From: Eledone cirrhosa
Lineage: Eukaryota
Length of the DNA: 64,000 bases
Reading direction: 5' to 3'
Assembly: GCA_964016885.1 (NCBI GenBank)
Contig: OZ024741.1
Coordinates: 129,828,001 to 129,892,000 of the forward strand
The notes below the pieces were generated by a model that saw only the letters and a program-made list of their open reading frames with translations, was not told the DNA's origin and ran no database searches. A program made the position numbers and the translations under genes. Each line of letters starts with the position of its first letter. Positions within the stretch are counted from its first letter, which is position 1. This document shows positions 56,501 to 64,000 of the stretch, in pieces.

Positions 56501-56780
56501 GGTGGAAGGGAAAATGCTGGTAAGAGGGCTTCATAGCTCACCTACATCAGATATGGAGACGTCAGAAGACAAGCGAGAAAAGTAGGGGTGCTTGGAGGAG
56601 GACACACAAGAAGATAGAATGTTAGCAAATGAATGAGTGAATGGATGAATGTACAAAAAAACAAAAACAAAAACAAAGGTGGAGGGGGGGGCGGGTTCCC
56701 AGGGGAAAGACCCAGAGTTCAGCACGCACACATGCGAGCATGTTAGCAGTTTCTCATAGGGCCTTGTGGCTGAGGGTGAG
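53510..56780 (-). mobile_element. Near-full-length CRE-clade non-LTR retrotransposon (RT plus RLE), frameshifted
   Basis: GGIRPIAV, GVGVSGGCE, KLDMRNAFN, QQGDPLG, WYLDD, CRCG...HPLSC, GKRSDG...LVWDATC across ORFs 54878-55543 and 53673-54980; GC-rich island. Confidence 0.9.
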
Positions 56781-56850
56781 TCATTCAATCCTGAAGACAT
56801 ATGTATTGTTATTGTCACTGTTGCTGGAGTTGGCTTCCTTTTGATAATAG

Positions 56851-57038
56851 TAGTGGTAGTGATTGCTGGTAAGCTGTTGATGTATACACATATGTGTTGT
56901 TGTTGTTAATGTCACTGTTGTTGTTGCTTTCCTCTTGTTAATGGTAGTGGTAGTGATTGCTGGTAAGCTGTTGATGTATACACATATGTGTTGTTGTTGT
57001 TAATGTCACTGTTGTTGTTGCTTTCCTCTTGTTAATGG
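56851..57038. repeat. 94-bp perfect tandem duplication
   Basis: tagtggtagtgattgctggtaag...cttgttaatgg occurs twice. Confidence 0.9.
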
Positions 57039-57399
57039 TGGTGGTAGATGAAACTGCTACCAATTCGGGCTGCCAGGCAGTATGCTGAGTCTCGAGTGCC
57101 TTCTTTTACCGAAGATGCGGGGTCGATGTTATTATCCTGTTGTTGTCGCCTTCTTGACTGGAGATGCGGGTCAGTGGCTTTCGGCATCATTTGGCAGCAC
57201 AACGGCAAATAAATATATTCTCTATTTTTTTTTTATTTTTCTTTCTCTCTGTCTAATCCGATTCAAATTATTTGGCAGTGAATTGGTGGTCGGTTTGGTT
57301 TTGTTTTGTTTTAAGTTTCCATTTGTTTTTATTTATTTATTTCGCTCTTCTCGTATGTTTCGGTGCGTTAAATTTGTGAGGTTCCTATCGATGGTTAAT

Positions 57400-58285
57400 A
57401 GCATGTGGATTGGCAGTATCGGTAGAGGGTCGGATGCCATGCTTTGCAGCATAGTTACGTCCCTTTACGATCTGAGTTCAAATCCCGCCGAGGTTGACTT
57501 TGCCTTTCATTCTTACGGGGTCGATAAAATAAAGTACCAGTAATGCACTGGGTAATTGCTGGCCTTGTGCCTAAAGTAGAAACAATTATTTTTCAAATCC
57601 CGCCGAGGTTAACTTTGCCTTTCATCCTTACGGGGTTGATAAAATAAAGTACCAGTAATGCACTGGGTAATTGCTGGCCTTGTGCCTAAAGTAGAAACAA
57701 TTATTTTTCAAATCCCGCCGAGGTTAACTTTGCCTTTCATCCTTACGGGGTTGATAAAATAAAGTACCAGTAATGCTCTGGGTAATTGCTGGCCTTGTGC
57801 CTAAAGTAGAAACAATTATTTTTCAAATCCCGCCGAGGTTAACTTTGCCTTTCATCCTTACGGGGTTGATAAAATAAAGTACCAGTAATGCTCTGGGTAA
57901 TTGCCGGCCTTGTGCCAAAAAGTAGAAACAATTATTTGAGGTGGTTTGGCAGTATCGGTAGAGGGTCAGACGACATGCTTTGACGTATAGAGTTACGGCC
58001 CTTGCCATTCTGAGTTCAAATCCCGTCGAGGTTAACTTTGCCTTTCATCCTTACGGGGTCGATAAAATAAAGTACCAGTAATGGACTGGTTAATTGTGGC
58101 CTTGTGCCAAAAGTAGGAACAAGGCCAGCAATTATCCCAGTGTATTACTGGTACTTTATTTTATCGACCCCGTAAGGATGAAAGGCAAAGTTAACCTCGG
58201 CGGGATTTGAACTCAGATCATAAAGGGCCGTAACTCTTTGCTGCAAAGCATGGCGTCCGACCCTCTACTGATACTGCCAATCCAC
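57400..58285. mobile_element. SINE family-1 array: about four 115-bp tandem units, a further full copy and a tail-to-tail inverted copy
   Basis: tttcaaatcc at 57591, 57706 and 57821; inversion junction near 58120. Confidence 0.9.
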
Positions 58286-58407
58286 AATGCTCAGTATTTA
58301 TACTTCGAGCTTGTTAATTGCAGGGTATCAATATGAGTTAGTAACTCGGTATTTTATATATATATATATATACAGATAGAGAGAGAGAGATAATTATTTT
58401 TATTTTT

Positions 58408-58770
58408 CACTAGCAGTGGTACCCGGCGTTGCACGGGATAACGTATTTTGGAACGCGGGCCGCCAACAGACCTAATCATAGAAAAACTGCATGCCTGGAC
58501 AATAGTAAAGAGAATAAACCAAATACTCTGATGGCTGGATAATCTTTAAGATTTTCCTCGATGAAGCAGGAAAAATGCAGGTTTTCACCTAATGCGGGCC
58601 CTAGGGGATCAAGAAAATGAATTTTTTTTATGTGCATACTATGCCTTGAAATTTCGAGAAAATCGGCTAGACGTAACGCCTCAAAAAAGCCCTAAAAAGC
58701 TGAAAAAATGAAGTTTTTCACCTAATGTGGGCCCTAGGCAATAAAAAAAGTTGGATTTTATTTGCTCACG
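58408..58770 (-). mobile_element. Non-autonomous Helitron-like element
   Basis: cactagcagtggtacccggcgttgcacggg terminus (hairpin plus CTAG on the minus strand). Confidence 0.6.
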
Positions 58771-59625
58771 GTATGAAGAAGAGACTGACTAATACATAGA
58801 CTGACTAATACATAGAAGAAGAGACTGACTAATACATTAACTTATATTGTGCAAAATTAGTAATACAAAAAAATTCAGTTAATCTGTTCTATACCATTTT
58901 CTCAGAATGAATTTCGCTTCGTGTTGACAGCAACTAACGCAGTCGACGTGAGTATTTAAGCAGTGTTTCTCTGAAGTCAGTTGCAAGAGAATATTCAACT
59001 CTTCCGAGTTTCGCAGCCAGAAAAATGTTATCCCATTTACATAGGCGATGGATTTTCCTAATATATTCCATTTAATGGATAATGCTGCGCTAAACAGTAA
59101 AACAAAATATCCTTTCTTGGGGAAGATATGTATGTGCATTAAGAATCTTTGATGGTGCAAGGAAGTGACAGGTGTTAAATACCCTTCCTGTAAATGTGTT
59201 GTCATCTACTCGATAGCGGTTTGTTATAAACCTAGATCCATATATCTTGCTCAAGAACTGTTATTTTGTTTTACTGCTTAGCGCCACTGTTATGTACTTT
59301 GCAAGTCCCATAAGATTGGTGCAGTAGAGTAGGAAAATATATTCAAAGCGGAGACTTACCCCGAATACTTACAACATTGAACCCAGCTAAAGGCATTCAA
59401 AGCCCAGGTGTCTGGGGTGTCACACAACTTATATCAACAGCAATCCACGTGTTGCCAAGCTTGAGAGTTTTGCGAGATTTGAAGGCGAAGAAACGTGATA
59501 TGGAAGAAGCAGACGATATTCATGCTAAGTGATTAGCAGACGTTAGTTTGTCGGACTATCAAAATGAAACACAGACGATCACTAGGATTCCTGAGCAGAC
59601 GATCAATACTCAAATCACTTTACTA

Positions 59626-59703
<78 letters not shown>

Positions 59704-60469
59704 CATTATTATTATTGTTGCTGCTGTTGTTGTTGTTAATAAAAATACTAAGAAATAAACAAGGAAAGCTGAAAATGTGATAAAGTAAACTGATAAAAAT
59801 ATAACAAAAAAACCTTGATCTGATCAGACGACAGATTGTCAATCAATAAGACAATAGCAGCTAGCTTGAATATAACAACTTCAAGTTTAAGAATAAAAAA
59901 AATTGAAGAAAACAAAGACAACGTATACAAGAACAACCACAATAAAGTGAACCAAATCAATGAAAGTTAATATTGAATAAGACCACCACTGCTTGGTTTA
60001 GTCTAAAACATCGGCAATTGATGCAAATGTCAAGGATTTTGACTTTTGAAAATTTGCCAAAAAATATAAAAGCAATTAAATAAATAAAAATAACAGAGAT
60101 GGAGTGAAGAAGAGAAAGAATAATAGAGGTTTGGGGAGAAGGGGAGAGAGAATGAGTGAACAAAGGGGAAGAGAGAGTTGGGGACGAGAGAGAGGGGAAA
60201 AGAGAGAAAGAGGGAGAGGCGGAAGAGAGAAAAGGGAAGATAGAGAGAGACTAAGAAAATAACAGAAATAGAGTGAAGAAGAGAGAGAATAATAGATGTC
60301 GGAGAAAGAAAGGAAGAGAGAATGAGTGGGAAAAGAGAATGATAGAGGGAGAGAAAGAAAGGGAAAGAGAGAAGGACTAAGAAAAGAAACTTGGAGAAAC
60401 TTTTGAAACAAGTAACAACAGAAAGCAAACAGAAACTGAATGGAAGAAAGCGAATGAAAAGAAATAAAA

Positions 60470-61118
60470 GGTGGTGCTGGTGGTGATGGTTGTGTAGTGG
60501 TGGTGTTGGTGATGGTGGTGTTGGTAGTAGTGGTGATGATGGTGGTGGTGATGGTAATGGTGGTGATGGTAGTGGTGGTGGTGCTGGTGGTGATGGTGGT
60601 GCTGGTGATGGTAATGGTGGTGATGGTGGTTGTGGTTGGTGATAGTGGTGGTGGTAGTGGTGGTAGTGGTGGTGAAGGTGGTTGTGGTGGTGGTGGTGTT
60701 AGTGGTGATGGTGGTGGTGTTAGTGGTGATGGTGGTGGTGGTGGTGGTGGTGGTGATGGTGGTGATGGTGGTGGTGATGGTGGTGGAGGTTGTGTTGTTG
60801 GCTGTGGTGATAGTGGTGGTGGTGGAGGTGATAATGGTGGCGATGGGGTGGGGATTTGACGGTGGCTGTAGTTGTGGTGGTGGTGGTAATGGAGGTGACG
60901 ATGGTGGTAGGAATGGGGTGTTTGATGGTAGCTGTGGTGGTCGTGATTGTATTGTGGCTGGGTGGTGATAGCTGTGGTGATAATGGTATTGGTGTTGCGG
61001 ATAATGTCTATTATAGGGATGATACGTTACGGTGATGGTGATGATGGTATTTGGGAAAACGCGTGTGATGGTGGTAGTGGTGGAGGTGAGAAGTTAAATG
61101 ATGATGAGGATGATGATG

Positions 61119-61169
<51 letters not shown>

Positions 61170-64000
61170 TAACGATGGTGTGGTGCTTGTTGTAGTAATG
61201 GTGGTGGTGGATGAGATGGTGGTGGTGGTGATGGTTTTGAAAGTTGTTATGATGGTAGTGGTTGTGGACGTCGTTGTAGTGTTTATGGTTGTAGACATTA
61301 TTATGGTGGTGGTGGTGGGGGTGGGGTGATTGTGGTGGTGGTGATGGTTGTGATGGTGGTGATGGTGGTGATGGAAGTGATTGTGGTGGTGGTGGTGGTG
61401 GAGGTGATTGTGGTGGTGGTGGTGATGGTGGGGGTGATTGTGGTGGTGATGATGGTTGTGATGGTGGTGATGATGGAGGTGGAGGTGATTGCGGTGGTGA
61501 TGATGGTTGTGATGGTGGTGATGGTGGAGGTGGAGGTGATTGTGGTGGTGATGGTGGAGGTGGAGGTGATTGTGGTGGTGATGGTGGAGGTGGAGGTGAT
61601 TGTGGTGGTGATGATGGTTGTGATGGTGTGGTGGAGGTGATTTTGGTAGTGATGATGGTTGTGATGGTGGTGATGGTGGAGGTGGAGGTGATTGTGGTGG
61701 TGATGATGGTTGTGATGGTGGTGATGGTGGAGGTGGAGGTGATTGTGATGGTGATGATGGTTGTGATGGTCGTGGTGGACGTGGAGGTGGAGGTGATTGT
61801 GGTGGTGATGATGGTTGTGATGGTGGTGATAGTGGAGGTGATCGTGGTGGTGATGATGGTGGTGATGGTGGAGGTGGAGGTGATTGTGGTGGTGATGATG
61901 GTTGTGATGGTGGTGTTGGAGGTGGAGGTGATTGTGGTGGTGATGATGGTGGTGATGGTGGAGGTGGAGGTGATTGTGGTGGTGATGATGGTTGTGATGG
62001 TAGTGGTGGAGGTGGAGGTGATTGTGGTGGTGATGATGGTTGTGATGGTAGTGGTGGAGGTGGAGGTGATTGTGGTGGTGATGATGGTTGTGATGGTGGA
62101 GGTGGAGGTGGAGGTGATTGTGGTGGTGATGATGGTTGTGATGGTGGAGGTGGAGGTGGAGGTGGAGGTGATTGTGGTGGTGATGATGATTGTGATGGTG
62201 GTGGTGGTGGAGGTGCAGGTGATCGTGGTGGTGATGATGGTTGTGATGGTGGTGGTGGAGGTGGAGGCGATTGTGGTGGTGATGATGGTTGTGATGGTGG
62301 TGGTGGTGGTGGATGTGATTGTGGTGGTGATGATGGTTGTGATGGTGGTGGTGGTGGTGGAAGTGATTGTGGTGGTGATGATGGTTGTGATGGTGGTGAT
62401 GGTGGAGGTGGAGGTGATTGTGGTGGTGATGATGGTTGTGATGGTGGTGGTGGTGGTGGATGTGATTGTGGTGGTGATGATGGTTGTGATGGTGGTGGTG
62501 GTGGTGGAAGTGATTGTGGTGGTGATGATGGTTGTGATGGTGGTGATGGAGGTGGAGGTGATTGTGGTGGTGATGATGGTTGTGATGGTGGTGATGGTGG
62601 AGGTGGAGGTGATTGTGGTGGTGATGATGGTTGTGATGGTGGTGGTGGTGGTGGATGTGATTGTGGTGGTGATGATGGTTGTGATGGTGGTGGTGGTGGT
62701 GGAAGTGATTGTGGTGGTGATGATGGTTGTGATGGTGGTGATGGAGGTGGAGGTGATTGTGGTGGTGATGATGGTTGTGATGGTAGTGTTGGAGGTGGAG
62801 GCGATTGTGGTGGTGATGATGGTTGTGATGGTGGTGATGGAGGTGGAGGCGATTGTGGTGGTGATGATGGTTGTGATGGTGGTGATGGAGGTGGAGGCGA
62901 TTGTGGTGGTGATGATGGTTTTGATGGTGGTGATGGAGGTGGAGGTGATTGTGGTGGTGATGATGGTTGTGATGGTGGTGATGATGGAGGTGGAGGTGAT
63001 TGTGGTGGTGATGGTGGTTTTGACGGTGGTGATGGTGGAGGTGGAGGTGGAGGCGATTGTGGTGGTGATGATGGTTGTGATGGTTGTGATGGTGGTGATG
63101 GAGGTGGAGGTCATTGTGGTGGTGATGATGATTGTGATGGTGGTGGTGGCGGTGGAAGTGATTGTGGTGGTGATGATGCTTGTTATGGTGGTGGTGGAGG
63201 TGGAGGTGATTGTGGTGCTGATGATGGTTGTGATGGTGTTGATGGTGAAGGTGGAGGTGATTGTGGTGGTGATGATGGTTGTGATGGTTGTGGTGGAGGT
63301 GGAGGTGATTGTCGTGGTGATGATGATTGCGATGGTGGTGGTTGAGGTGGAGGTGATTGTGGTGGGGATGATGGTTGTGATGGTGATGATGGTGGATGTG
63401 GAGGTGATTGCGGTGGTGATGAAGGTTGTGATGGTGGTGATGGTGGAGGTGGAGGTGATTGTGGTGGTGATGGTGGAGGTGGAGGTGATTGTGGTGGTGA
63501 TGGTGGATGTGGAGGTGATTGTGGTGGTGATGATGGTTGTGATGGTGTGGTGGAGGTGATTTTGGTAGTGATGATGGTTGTGATGGTGGTGATGGTGGAG
63601 GTGGAGGTGATTGTGGTGGTGATGATGGTTGTGATGGTGGTGATGGTGGAGGTGGAGGTGATTGTGATGGTGATGATGGTTGTGATGGTCGTGGTGGACG
63701 TGGAGGTGGAGGTGATTGTGGTGGTGATGATGGTTGTGATGGTGGTGATGGTGGAGGTGATCGTGGTGGTGATGATGGTGGTGATGGTGGAGGTGGAGGT
63801 GATTGTGGTGGTGATGATGGTTGTGATGGTGGTGATGGAGGTGGAGGTGAAGGTAATTGAGATGGTGATGATGGTTTTGATGATGGTGGTGGAGGTGGAG
63901 GTGATCGTGGTGGTGATGGAGGTGGAGGGGATTGTGGTAGTGTTGATGGTTGTGATGTTGGTGGTGGAGGTGATTGTGGTGGTGATGATGGTTGTCATGG
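60470..64000. repeat. GGT/GAT/GGA triplet-based minisatellite with an internal duplication of about 1.9-kb period
   Basis: Unit similar to gaggtgattgtggtggtgatgatggttgtgatggtg; rare variants recur at 61622 and 63541. Confidence 0.92.

Noticed and set aside
53481-56585. Plus-strand ORFs over the CRE element
   Set aside because: Antisense shadows of a GC-rich coding region
57050-57215. Possible host exon
   Set aside because: Short, with no recognisable protein motif or clear splice pair
61027-63998. 695-aa, 643-aa and 271-aa ORFs as mucin-like genes
   Set aside because: Open on both strands because of triplet composition; no unique domain or splice support

Overview
Repeat-saturated eukaryotic intergenic or intronic DNA with no host exon I can support. 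The dense (TA)n/(CA)n/(TACA)n/(GA)n microsatellites and the SINE and LINE families resemble a coleoid cephalopod (Octopus-like) genome, which is an inference. Nearly all ORFs in the track are microsatellite artefacts. The real coding remnants are all transposon-derived: a Penelope-like (PLE) reverse transcriptase ORF with pseudo-LTRs (49034-50659), two PLE GIY-YIG remnants, a near-full-length CRE-clade LINE, four R4/Dong-like LINE 3' fragments, RTE and Tx1 fragments, a rosa/DD41D-type Tc1/mariner and Helitron pieces. There are also many tRNA-derived SINEs. The main signal found by reading the sequence is about 16 complete or near-complete hammerhead ribozyme motifs plus several half-motifs, from many unrelated families and mostly next to (TA)n tracts. 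They are repeatedly embedded in fold-back (inverted) duplications whose axis or breakpoint falls inside the ribozyme, often with inverted copies of neighbouring DNA captured at the junctions. Family assignments come from recalled motifs, not database searches, and boundaries are approximate.
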